Position numbers and translations under genes: made by a program. From NCBI RefSeq assembly GCF_009914755.1, contig NC_060930.1: a stretch of 64,000 bases of DNA. The stretch is one strand, 5' to 3'. The stretch's first letter is position 1, and every line of letters starts with the position of its first letter. This DNA comes from the human T2T-CHM13v2.0 reference genome, Homo sapiens. The notes under the pieces are model-generated. The model did no database searches, was not told the origin of the DNA, and saw only the letters and a program-made list of their open reading frames with translations. Below are positions 17,731 through 31,017 of this stretch, in pieces.

Positions 17731-20019
17731 TATATATATGGATATGAATTTGTATATGAGCATGGATGTGTACATTATCCATATACGTATATGGGGTATA
17801 CGCATGGTGGACCTGAATTCTATATCATGAGTCAGAAAGGAAGAAGTATTATAGCATGCCTTGTGCAGACAATAGAAACGTGAAAACATCTATATAATTC
17901 AGTCAGGGCCTATTCCAACAAAAAGAACCACCACAGAAGGATTAGTACAAAAGTGAGAACAACTTTAGTCAGGACCATGGATATTCTTTCAAATGTTGTT
18001 GGGATTATGGCTGGAAGAATACTTTAGATCCTCAGGGGACTTTCTCAGGTTAACACAGGTCTACAAAAGACCTCCTGGTGTATTGTCTTACCACTGAAAT
18101 GGTGGCACACACGTCCCATGCCTGTGTTAGGTACCAGCATAAATCAATGTCAACTTTAAGAAAACAAAACTAAAGAAGCATCTTGCCTTCTCATCCCCAG
18201 CCTATTTTCTTAACAGAGACACCTGCACTACTTCCTTAACTAGAAATGACCTCTGGGATCCAAGCTGCACAGAAGAAACAAAAATGATGTGTAGTGAATG
18301 GAGGGAGAGAGACTCAACTGGATCCCTGAAGGATGGTGCAATATTGGCAATAGTTTTTATACTGCACACCCAGAGCCCTGCACAGCTTTTCTCAGAGATT
18401 CCTCTGTGTCATACATGTGTTCCAGGGGAAGGAGTAGGAGGGAGGGCTGAGTGGAGCCCCAGGCCCGTCACCCTCAACCAACCATCACAGCTCCACTCTT
18501 TCTGAGTAAATATGTGATCCCATTAAATTTCTATCTGCAGAAAGGATTCCCCAGACTAAAAACAGTGAACATACTGTTATAGGGTAACAAATTCTATATT
18601 TAGAATCATGACAGCTGGGTTCTAATATTGTCTCTGCGACCTCATCTTTCTGCACCTCCATTTGTCACTTGTACGTGCCTTCCACATAGAACTGTAGTAA
18701 AGATCAAGTGAGCCAATTTAAGGTATTTGCAAAACTGAAAAATATAATACCAATTTCAATGCAGGATTTATGGCATTAAGCTGACTACAGTCACCTATTT
18801 ACCTATTTCATTGTGGAGCTGAAGGCTAACTTTTACCTTGCTTCCTCCACAATGTCAGAGATGATGTGGACCATGAAGACCCCATGGCCAGGATGTTATT
18901 CCTTTGCTCGGTAGTTTTGGAATGATTGTTAGGTTGTTGTTTATCCTATCTATTTGTTTTAGCAGCAGAAGTCTTTTTTATTTTTTCTTTTTTGTTTTGA
19001 AGTAAAACCTTACGTGGAATGCCATCACATTTTTAAAAATTAAAAAAAAGAATAAAGCAGCCTGAACCAGTCGAAATGGAATTGGAGCCTTGTGGCTTGA
19101 GCTGACAGCCCTGGGGTGACAGAGCAAGACTCCATCTCAGAGGAACACCCCTGAGGTTCCTCTGAGGAATTCTAGGGCACAGCTGGTCAGAGTTGAATTA
19201 CTCACTTGCCTCATATTTGCTATGTTAATACCACCTCCCAATTCTGTTTTGACACTGACGTTTTATCTTATCCCCTAAATCACTTTATTCAATACTTTCC
19301 TATTCTATTCTGAAGCAAGTGTGGGTTACTTCGAAATCTGTAGTGACATTTTAATTTTAATTAACAGTTAATTTGTCATTTTAATTAATTCATTCATTTT
19401 AATTTTGCCCTTTGTAATAACTTGAGCTTCAGTTTGAGAAATTGCCTTTTCCCCTTGCAAGTAAAGTTGATAGGGATAAAAGTTAAGGTGCCTGACTCCC
19501 ATTAAACAAAAAGATGGCCAGGTAACTCAAGCTAAGCCAATAAGATTTTTTCTCAAGTCTCCAAATTGGAGCAAAGTTGCATGGGATGGGGGAAAAACAA
19601 TACTCATCAAATGCATTAATCTTCATGATGGAATCCAAATACGTCTCTTGAGTGGTTCTTGAGTGAGGCCAGACCCAGACACCTTGAGCCAAATTGGCTC
19701 CGATCATGCCTGACTTATTTCCAAGCCTGTTTCTCCAGCATTCTTACCCATTCACAAAGCTACTTCTTATTCTTCTGATTAAATCCCTTTTGTTTAAATA
19801 AACCAGATTTTTTTGGCATGCAAAACAAAAACAAAACAAACAAAATGTGTGGTTAAGTTCACACCCTTAATTGCCCTCCAATTATACTAGACTATGTTTA
19901 AGTAGATAAATTCTAAAGGAATTCACCATGTACCTATAATATCTTGCGATGTTCTTCTTATACACAGATGGTTGTACAGGGTATTTTAAATATATTTTTG
20001 AATTTAGTTGCCAAACAAT

Positions 20020-20165
20020 ACAACAATGAACAGGTATTATTTTTATCCGTTTTATAGATGAACAAAATTCACATGTATTACATAACTTCCCTAGGCTTAT
20101 ATAGCTGGAGGGCAATCTCACAAAGACACATTGTTTCATTCCTAAACCCTGGTTCTTTCAACTTA
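20020..20165 (-). mobile_element. MIR fragment
   Basis: ggtattatttttatccgttttatagatgaacaaaa...taacttccctaggcttatatagct. Confidence 0.65.
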
Positions 20166-20961
20166 TATATTCTACCACAAATTAAATTATTTGGCTAAAG
20201 GAATGCTTTGCTTAGTGTCTTCATTGTAATTTGGGGTTGTGATGGTACTATTACATAATAATAAAATATAAATATTTTAGTATTTTTGTATGTTTTATTA
20301 AATATACTATATACTAATATATTAATCAGAATAATATTAGAAAATAAATTATTTTTTGTGCTAGGTTGAGAAGAACTTATTCACATAAACACATATTTCA
20401 AATGTTAATGTCATTCGTAGAATAAGCACATCCATGAGGTATCATATTTTATATTTCTTCCACATATATTCTTAGCCCAAGTCCTATTTCAGCTAAGCAT
20501 TTACTGACTAAGCTGATCAAGCACCATTCACCTCTCCTGGAGGTCAGGAAGCACCTTGGTGTTTTATTAGTAATTCTGCTGATATGGATGAGATCATGTT
20601 TGCTTTCAGCCTTCAGACAGGAGTATTTCATCAATTTCCTAGAGGTTCTGGCAAATATCTGGCATTTTAAGTCAAGTTTAATCTCAACTCTTGATCTTTT
20701 CTTTAAGGAAATGCAACACTATGGACAGAAAGAAACAGTCAAGAATGTTAAGAAATGCATCTTCTTTCTGACCTGTGAGAACTGCAATGACATGTATTAA
20801 AGTTTAATCAGAAATTTCTCTAACCTGCTATCTTCCAAACTGCAAACCATGACACGTATCATTCACCTTTTAAACAGTAAGAAATCCACATTTTGTAAAA
20901 AAAAATGCACCTGTATGTAACGTATTTTAAACCAAAATCTATTAAAATTGCCTTCATATCA

Positions 20962-21057
20962 ATATAAACCATAATATTTGTGTGTGTGTGTGTGTGTATA
21001 TACATAAAATATTGATATAAAACATAATATTTGTGTGTGTCTGTGTGTATATACATA
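20962..21057. repeat. Tandem duplication of an ~53-bp unit containing (TG)n
   Basis: atataaa(c/a)cataatattt(gt)n...atatacata occurs at 20962 and 21015. Confidence 0.85.
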
Positions 21058-21149
21058 CACAGTTTCGGGGCTCGATCTTTCATCAATTCATTTAAAATAC
21101 TTATCTGCTCTGAGTACAAAAAAAATCTTTCTTCACTCAACAATCTCTT

Positions 21150-21815
21150 CATTTTTTCCAATCAATACTTATTTGAAGTTTACCTACTATGTGCCAAGAA
21201 TTGTGTTAGGTACTGGCAATGAGGAAGAAAGATACAGTTCCCCAACTCCAGGGTTTGTAGGATAGTGGCAGAATAGGCAATGCATAAACAAACAAGTAAA
21301 TACGACTTACAAACAGTTGACATATCCTGTGAAGAAACAAAGTGTCAGGAAACACTGGAAAGGGAAGCTAGTCCAGCTAAGTCACTCATGAAAGGCCCTT
21401 TGAGAACACCATGTTAATGCAGAGTACTGTATTGACATGAACTAGCAAAGGGTACAAAAAGGAATGTTCCAACAGAGACAGAAAAGAGCTCAGCATCTTC
21501 AAACATCCCATTAGTCAGTATGGCAAGAACTGTGATCAAAAGGAGAGAGTGGCACGAGATGAGTTAGGCAGGGGCCAGGCCAGCCAGGACCTCCTGGGCC
21601 AAGAAAAGGTGCTTAGGTTTTACTCGAAGTGCAGGAAGGCTAATCGGGAAAGTGAGAGGGTGTAATTTGTATTTTTATATCCACTCTAGCTATTGGATGG
21701 AAAATAGATTGGAAAAGACACCAGGCTATTGCAATAGCCCTGACAAAAATGATGGGATGGAGTGGAAACAGTAGAGACAGAGAAAAGCAGAAAGGATTTA
21801 GAGAGAGAGAAGAAG
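21150..21815 (-). mobile_element. L2 3' region
   Basis: cctactatgtgccaagaattgtgttaggtactgg and a downstream purine-rich L2 body. Confidence 0.75.
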
Positions 21816-21829
21816 AAGACAGGCAGAGA

Positions 21830-22375
21830 GGCTCTTCATAAATAAAATAACTTTTGTGCAAAAGTATGTGAATAATTCATGCTCATCTGCGTGTTTAAGT
21901 ACCGAACCAAAAAGATGAGGGGGTAAAACAATATTTCCAGTTCTATCAAATAGAAACATTCCCAAACGTACACAGCAGTACACATAATGATATTACATAT
22001 ACCTTTGTCCAGCTTCCTGTATTCATTGTTGAAATCCCTCCAAATTAGCTGTATAAATTTCATTAGTTTTTACTTGGGTGCATGAACATTTTAGATATGG
22101 TTATATTGCATTTTATTCATTTCTTCCTGATAGGTGGATTTTCACTTTATTGGCAGGATTTTTTCCTGCAACTATAAACAATGCTCTTTCAAATGTATTT
22201 ATTATATATTGGAGTTTTTATTTCTATGTTAGAGATTCCCAGGAGTGGAATTGATAGGTACGTTATTCCACATTTTTTCCATAAAGAGCTATAAAAATCC
22301 CATTTCTATCAGCAATATATGACAATAAACTCTTCTGCACATATCCACCAATGGTCACTATTATTTGTCATTCTT
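21830..22375 (-). mobile_element. Old L1M (L1ME-like) fragment inserted in L2
   Basis: agattcccaggagtggaattgatagg...catttctatcagcaatatatgac resembles the reversed L1M 3' ORF2 end. Confidence 0.55.
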
Positions 22376-22499
22376 TCTGGCCTTCCACACATTCTTCAAA
22401 TCTGGAAAGCTTTAAATGACAGTCTCTGTCCAATAAACACATCCAAGCAAGACCTTTAATGAGAATTGACATTAAGACTAAATGATATTAAAAAATCTA

Positions 22500-22995
22500 T
22501 TCTGACAAGGGCAGGAAGAGTATTACCTAAGTTAGAGAGGAAGCAATGGGAATAAAATCCAGTGAAACTAGTCTGGTTTTGGACGTGTTGAGTTTAAAAT
22601 GTCACTTCCAAGTAGAGATTATGGGTAGGCAGTGGGATATATGTCTAGAGATCAGAAGAAAATGTGGGCTAGACATGACAACGTCAGCATATGGATGGGA
22701 GGGCATCTAAACCTACAGTGCTGGAGGATCTCAGAAGAGACAGATCTCCAGCCTGAATCTCAAGGAATTCCAAATGTAGAAGTCAGCCCAGGTAAGGAGA
22801 GCCTGGGAAGCAAACTGAGAAAGAGCTACCAGGATGATGAGCGGTAAACCAGGTCACTGCAAATTAGGAAAGTTAATGGCTTCACATTCTCTTAACAGAT
22901 CTCATCAAATAAAGACAGAGGATGCAAGAGCAGGTCCAGGTGAATGCTGAGGTAGAAAACAGCTTGAGCTATGTGAAGGAGGGAATGGGGAAGGG
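22500..22995 (-). mobile_element. L2 continuation
   Basis: gttttggacgtgttgagtttaaaatgtc...ccaagtagagat...taggcagtgggatatatg. Confidence 0.65.
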
Positions 22996-23478
22996 CAAAC
23001 CTAAGCACTAAGGGAAAGATACATGAAGCCATGTGCCCTGATCTCTTCATCCTGAACCTTTGAAGCCCTGGAGGGAGGATGTGCTCAGAGTAAGTTTAGA
23101 GGAATGGCCAAGGTACAGGGACTCCATTGCTGCCCTGTAGGGCTTCTGAAGAAGGCTGCTGTGACAGTGACCCTGCACCATCTACACACAGGGTTAGCAG
23201 TGTTGTGACACCAAGAGAGTCTAATCAGCCTCCTGGGTCTTCTTCAGTACCAGTGTGTGGGGCAAAATGAGTTTAGGCCTGCAAACCTGTCATGGGATCC
23301 GCGATGCTGAAAGGAAAGAAGGAAGAGTACAGGGCCCCTAAAGGATCAAAAGCCTGGACAAGGATTTTGATAAAAGATAAGGCAGAAACTTTAAGTAAAC
23401 TGTCGTCTCAGTGAGAGTTGAAAGGAGGCAATGGGAAGGAAAATCAGAGGGTCATTTGGATCCTCACCTAGCCTGAAA

Positions 23479-24064
23479 CAAACAGCTCTGCTGTCATGAG
23501 GCATATGTGTTCCTAAAAATTACCATGGAATGCAAAATAGGACAATAGAAACCACAGGGCTTACCAGACAAATGAGGTTTGGGCACAACATTCAAAAATT
23601 TCATCTGTGACACATTAAAGAAAAAAACAGATTGGAATCTGATAAAAATTCAAGCACAGTGTTACACGTTACATGGTTTTAAAACACATAAATATTACAC
23701 TACAATAAATATGATACTTTACCTTGAAAAAGAGCTGAACTCTGCCTACAAAGTTGACATTGAAAGAGTTGCAGCTTGTTAGTCATTGAGAAGTAGTGGA
23801 AGGATGGGAGGGTACAACACCAAGTAAGGACTGGAGTGAAACATAGGGTAAACTGAGGCAGCTGAGAGCTGCTTGACGTGTGGCATATGTGTGTTTTACA
23901 TATTCTTACAGGACATGGTTTTCCTGGGTACAGTTTTCAACATTGTTCTAATGTTTCTTGCTTAAGAAATTAAGCATAAGCAAAAGGAAGCAGGATTTAT
24001 GCTCAAATTGTTCCCTGATAAATCAATTTCCTTTTCAAAACAAGCATTATAGCAGAACTGACCA
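23479..24064 (-). mobile_element. MER82-like TcMar-Tigger DNA transposon
   Basis: Terminal inverted repeats cagctctgctg / ttatagcagaactgac; internal gcatatgtgttcctaaaaat, aaaccacagggctt and ttatgctcaaattgttccct match MER82. Confidence 0.8.
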
Positions 24065-27000
24065 TACCCCATGAATTCATCAGCTGTAGATAGTAGCAGA
24101 TGTCAGCAAAACAGAGAAAGGATGGCCCAATCATGTATTAGCAGATGTCAGGCAGGACACATTGGAGGACCAGCATTAGCGTCTGAGGACCTTTTCCCAA
24201 GGCTGTTCAGACCTGTAGAGCCCTGTATATAAGCAGGTTGCTATTTGAGAGAGGAACAGGACCAGAGGAGGGATTAGAAGTTTGAGCAACTATACAAAAG
24301 GACTAAGGAAAATCCAAAATGACTATAGGATAATTTCTTCAATCACTTTTACTTTTAAACCAGATTGGTCCAAATTTAATTCCACAATCTTACTCTCTGC
24401 CTACTACTCAAAGGGGCATAGGAGTTGGGCATATAAGACTAGATCAATTAAAGAGAAACAAAAAGATACAATATTGTCATTCTTTCTCTCAAAAGCATGA
24501 ATGAAGGTAAATGAAGATGTGCGTAGACAGCCACTCTGATAAGTTTGCTATAAAGAGGAATTGAGAAATGGGCCAATGACTGAAATGAAATATGAGTTCT
24601 ACAATAGATTGTAGAGTAAATATTTTTTAAAGAAGATTAACCATTTTGCTATTTTTTTTTAATTCAGCAATGCAATGTCAGCAAGAGACAGGGTTACTTG
24701 AATCAGATCTACCTGATGAGTTTACCAGGTTAACATGAGGGCAGTTATGAACTTCAATGGAACAGGCATTTTTGGGAGAAGAGAACGGTACAATAGCCAA
24801 GAAACAGTATAATTCAAGACAGAATCCAGTCCTACTTCCTGGTCCTAATGGATATAGGGTGTGATAAAACAAGCAGCGGCCCCTTGAGAGAACTTAGGGG
24901 ACAGCAAAGAGGAAGGCAATGTTTCAAGAAGTAACCAACCATAGAAGGGACTTTGTTGATCACTGGTGATCTAGAGAGCACCGTGGAAGGGATGGCAAGG
25001 AGTAGAAGGGATGGGCAGAGAATTGTGGCTCATCAGGTATCATGTAGAACCATCGAAAGGAGAGAGTGCAGGAGATGCTCAATTGTCCAGAAGCCTGGAA
25101 CTTCTGGTTGCAATCATGATGAGCACTGACCTAAGACTCCAGGACCCAGCTGCTGTGTTAAGCTGCTGCAGCCCTCAATATTTCGTTGGGTGCAGTGCCA
25201 GCTTCCAGGAGGCTGTTTCTTCAGAATGGCAGCTTCCATTAAGGAAAAGAAAACAACCAGCGCTCATTGAACACGAATCCAGGTCATGCTGTAGGTTTGT
25301 CATATATGTCTCTGATTATCTTACAACTGCGTGAATTGTTTTCTAATTTACTAAACAACTGAAACTCAGAAAATTTTAATAATTTACCAATAAATCAAAG
25401 AGCCAATAGTCAACTTTAACTTAAATACTAAAGTTCATGTTGTTTCATACCCACCATGTTCTTTGTTCCTCCTACGGCAAATAACCTCCATGAACAATAA
25501 CCTTGTTAAAATGCAAATTGTTGCAAATTCATGGAGTAAAGATGTCAGATGAAATATATTTCTTGCTTTGATATAGTATTTACCACTGTATTTCATACAT
25601 AGAAGGAAGCGCATTTGTTTTTCTGGTGAATGCACAACTGAACAATATTTAAAAAAGAATGTTATTAATTCATTCAGCCACCTTAGATTAGAAGATCCTT
25701 ATTGAGAAATCATGATTCATTTAGGGGAACATGGCAAAATGAGGAGTGTTAGAATTACTAGAATGTAAGCTTCCAGTGCCAACAATAGCGGCGACATTGA
25801 ATTTATAAATAGTACCCACTGAATGAATGAATGAACAGACCAGTGAATAAACAGGCTTGAGCCCAGCAACCTCTAATTAGGAGTTATTTGGCCCTGGGCA
25901 AATCAGACTATTTAGGTTCTCTGAACCTTTTACTTTCTTAAATTTGTAAAATAAAGATAATGAATGGCTTACTGACATTTCAAGTGCAGTCTAAAAAACC
26001 AGATGAAGGAAACAACAAAAACTAGCCTTTGTTGAACTGATGTTAAAGACTCCTTGATAAGCAATTTTCTCTGTATCAATGAGGTATGAAAATAAAAGGG
26101 CTTTGCAAAGTTCTTGCAAATGACCATTTATTAAATAACTTATAAATGAGGGTCTATTGAATAGTTATTGGCCTGAATGACTAAATGACTGAAAGGGTAC
26201 TCTTAGAACCTGGATATTTAGGAAGGGTCAAAGAAAATATCATAATAAACAAATCTGGGAACATATTATCCCAAGAAACGGAATAGGCAAGCCACATGTC
26301 TACATTAAGACAAGGTAAGAGCAAATTACTAATAAAGGAATCATAAAACTGAATGCTATTTGTAGCTGAATCCTAGTGAATCTTCACAGTTAATCAGTGA
26401 GAAGACAGCCATGCCCCCTCACAGCTATTCAATCAGGAATCCCAAGTTAAATAACTAGAAGTCTGAACCAGTGTGGCAGTATAGCATAGAATACAGGTAA
26501 TTTTTTTCAAAGGTTGTGCAGAAAGTCAAAGGTAAAACAAGAAATTCAGTTTAGCACTCCTTAGCTACAATCTAATTTTATATCCTTCAACATACATTAC
26601 CAAGTTCATGTTCTCCTGTGAGGTTTTGAGTTATTTCTATCCTACACTTCTGTTTCTAGCATTTCATTTTGCTAGAATTCTATAACCAGTGCATAAAAAG
26701 TAGGACAAACGCTGCCAAAACATGGAAGAGCTCTTGTTCCAATGAGTTTATCACCCAAAGGCACAAATAATGTAGGGAAAGAAAAATGAAATCACTGTGT
26801 AGTAGCAAGTGGTATAAATGTAATTATTTTCAGACTGGGAACTTGGAACATAATTTCCTCGGAGAGAAAGTGAAAGATTAGCAAATACTAACACTGGAGA
26901 CTTGCGTCTGAAGGGTAGTACTCACACGTTTAGGGCAAAGTCTTTGAGACATAGGAAGATGATCATAGCCACATGGCATCAGTACCCCCTCTTCCTCAAA

Positions 27001-27207
27001 TAGAACATTCACAGCCTGGGTCTTATTTCCACCACTTCCAGGTAACATTAGTAGTACCTGTCCAAGAACATTTAACATCTGTGCCCTCCTATGCTTGTAT
27101 ACTTGTTGATAGCAGATTCTTCAATACTAAGGACCTTCAGGATTCTATGGCATCATCATTACTAGCATGAAGACCAGTGGCAATAATGATTAACATTTGC
27201 TTCATGC

Positions 27208-27267
27208 TTCAAGATTTGCATCGTGTTTCAGTTTCAAGATTTGCATCGTGTTTCAGTTTCAAGATTT
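27208..27267. repeat. Perfect 25-bp tandem repeat, 2.4 copies
   Basis: TTCAAGATTTGCATCGTGTTTCAGT twice, then TTCAAGATTT. Confidence 0.97.
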
Positions 27268-27574
27268 ACTCACCTTCAGTTTTTAATCTTTCTCAAACAC
27301 ATTATGGGTTTGGAAAGGTATGTTGTGTATCTTGCCTAAAAAGACATTGAAATATGCCTCTGATCACTGAACTCCAAGTTGCAAAGCTGGAGTTCACCCT
27401 CCAAACCACACCATCTACTTTGGCTTTTTATAAAGCTTATTCTGCCGAGTTACCTGCTCAGCATCCACCTGAAGTTATAAACCCTTCATCCCAAACAATT
27501 TTTTATTTAATATATAGTATATGTTGTCCATGTTCTACATAGTATTCATGGTTATGTTTTTAATGTATCCATAT

Positions 27575-27875
27575 TATTAAAAGTAGCATATTTTCCCGAT
27601 TGTTATGCATTACAGCTACTTCTGTTCATTACAACTTTTTAAATTTTCAACAGCTTTGGTGAAGAGTTTCATAAATGGTAGTCTTTTCTTCTTTTATTAG
27701 TATTTCCTTGGGATAGATACCTAAGAGTTGGATTTTCATAAGTTAAAGGAGCATATGAAGTGTTATAGCTGTTATAGCCATTGCCAAATATCTTTCCAAA
27801 AGTATTGAACCAATTTACATGACTAACAGCAATATATGAAAATGGCAAATGTATCATTAATTTTGTGTACGTTTC
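27575..27875 (-). mobile_element. Old L1M fragment
   Basis: tatttccttgggatagatacctaagagttgga...ttccaaaagtattgaaccaatttacatgactaacagcaatatatga. Confidence 0.6.
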
Positions 27876-29424
27876 TTTCATAACCCAATAGACAAAAATA
27901 AATGTAATTCATCAAACATTTATTCAAAACCAACTATCAAGAAATTTTCTAGACTTCGGAAATGCAAAAATGAATAAAAAAGGCACCAAACTTATTCTAC
28001 AGGAGCTCTGGCGAGTTTTGCCACAGATAATTCCAGAGACTCAGAAGGCAGGTGTTACGTGCAGTTGGAACACATGTGTGTTTGGTGATCAAGTTATTTT
28101 AATAGGATTTGAGTGGTGATGTACCTCCCAGCTTTGCACGACTCCATCCTGAGTAAGTCATTCTTAGTTGTCAAGGCTCTCAGAAACAGGCCATGCTCAT
28201 CTATGTTCCACATCAAACCTGAAAAATACTGACTCATCAACTGTTCTTTGTACAGTTTCCAGATGAATTGATTGATTTGGAACACAGGTAATATTTCTTT
28301 TCAAATTTTCAGGTACAAGATGTCATAAATCTTGTCTGACTCTTCCCAGACACCAGAAAAAAGTGTGTCTGTGAGGAAGGAACACTAGAGCAGAATGAGA
28401 AAACTTTCCTTCAGTCCTAAATCTGCCACTAAATATGGGACCTATGGCAAGATATCTAAGTAGTTTGTGTCTCACGGATAAAGTAGCTGAAAGTACTTTT
28501 TCTTCCTACTCCATGACCATCCTGATTTGATCAATAATTCCCGTCTCAAGCTGGCTCTCTGCTGGAAGTTTGTCTGTCTTCTCAGATTCCCTTACTGCTT
28601 CATACTTAATCCCAGTCACAGAGCTTCATTCTGCAGTCAAGAGTCAGTCCAGCTAGTAACACCTCCAAGAAGTCTAATCTTTTATAATTCCAGCCAGCAT
28701 TCATTTTTCCCCTTCTATCTCATTGGTAATGTTAAATTAAGCATTTTATAGTGAACCCTTTCCTAAATTGTTTCTTAAGTTTATATTATCTCTCTTTGCT
28801 TCTTTACTATCTTTACCCCCAAAGATGTAAGCAGAAGATAAAATTGTGTTTAATCCTACAGGACCTGCCACAGTACCAGAAACAAAGTAAGCACTCCAGC
28901 AATGTTTGTTTAAAAGTGACTGAAAGCAATCCAAAACGTCAAAACTTAAAGGAACATGATCTTGGAAAGGAATGAACTATAGAAAGGGGAGGAGAAAATT
29001 CTGCTTACAACCTCACCTCAAAGCATTTTTAGATTCTCAAGTCGTGCATCCATGAGAGAGGCTTACAGAACCCTGGGGAAAGCATCACAGGGAGAGAGAG
29101 AGTTGCTGACCAGCAACATTTACAGCCTTGCAGACTCGCAGAACTGTGGAAGTAAAGTTTGGAATTCTGGGGCAGCCAAGGTCATGGGTAAAAACTTGGG
29201 GGTTTGAGACCCTCCCAAAAGGGCTACAATGTGGCTTAGGTACTATGTTTTAGAAGTAAGGGCAGACTGGAGAAAAGCCAGCCAAGACAGATCCTGGAGC
29301 CTGGCCTTGTTTGGATTAAGGTGAGCTTCCACTAGCAGAAGAGTACTAAGAGAGCCAGTGAAAAGAATATTCAAACACTCCTTAGAAAGATAACATCATC
29401 CACAGTCACTATAAAGGTTTAAAA

Positions 29425-29431
29425 TAGATAA

Positions 29432-29484
<53 letters not shown>

Positions 29485-29503
29485 GATAGATAGATAGATA
29501 GAT
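29425..29503. repeat. Tetranucleotide STR (TAGA)13 GA (TAGA)4
   Basis: Direct count from 29433. Confidence 0.95.
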
Positions 29504-30282
29504 GTATATATAAACATTGGTCATTCAGTGATTAAAATTTACACAAGATGATTGAAGTCTAATTTATATAACAATAAAACACAATGCAAATTTTACCATT
29601 TGATGAGCTTTTATGAATGGATCCACCCATATAAACATCACAGCATTCAGAAAATAGAATATTTTCATCACTCCATAAAGCTCCTTTACAATGCTTTGCT
29701 GAAAATTTCATACCCCTCTTCCCCGCCTTCCAAACACTGAAGGCATTACTTTTTCACTTTCTTAATGTTGTCTTTCAAAGAGCAACTAATCTGCCACTTC
29801 AAATTAGTTTGACCTGTTCTAGAATTTCACATATGTATAAAATAATGTGATATGTGCTTGTGACTTATTTTTGTTGCGGTGGTCCTTTTTATCATTGAGT
29901 AGTATGCGTTATCTGAATATCTCACAACAATTTGATTTTCCATACAATTGTTTTTGGACATTTTGATTGTTTCTAGTTTGAAGCTATTATAAGTAAAGCA
30001 GCCATGGACATGCATATACAAGTCTTGTGTGTGTGTTTAATTTCTCTTGGCCTGGGAGTGCTATTGCTGTCACCTGGTAAGAGTACGTTTAACTCCATAA
30101 AAAACATTTTCCAAAGTAGTTTGTACTCTCAAATAGCAACAGATGATGGATCCAGCTGCTCCACATCCTTGCCAAAATGTGGTTTTCAATCTTTATTTTT
30201 TATTTTTAGCCATTTCAGCGATTGTATATTGATATTTCTTTGTGATCTCCCTTTGCATTTCCTTAATGACTAATGATATTGA

Positions 30283-31017
<735 letters not shown>

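Noticed and set aside
26878-28320. Several small splice-like motif pairs (CGT|gtgagt on the minus strand near 26925; aatag...TGA|gtaagt near 28105-28152; tacag...CAG|gtaata near 28256-28287)
   Set aside because: Weak acceptors, no consistent strand or frame and no recognisable peptides; expected by chance in 64 kb
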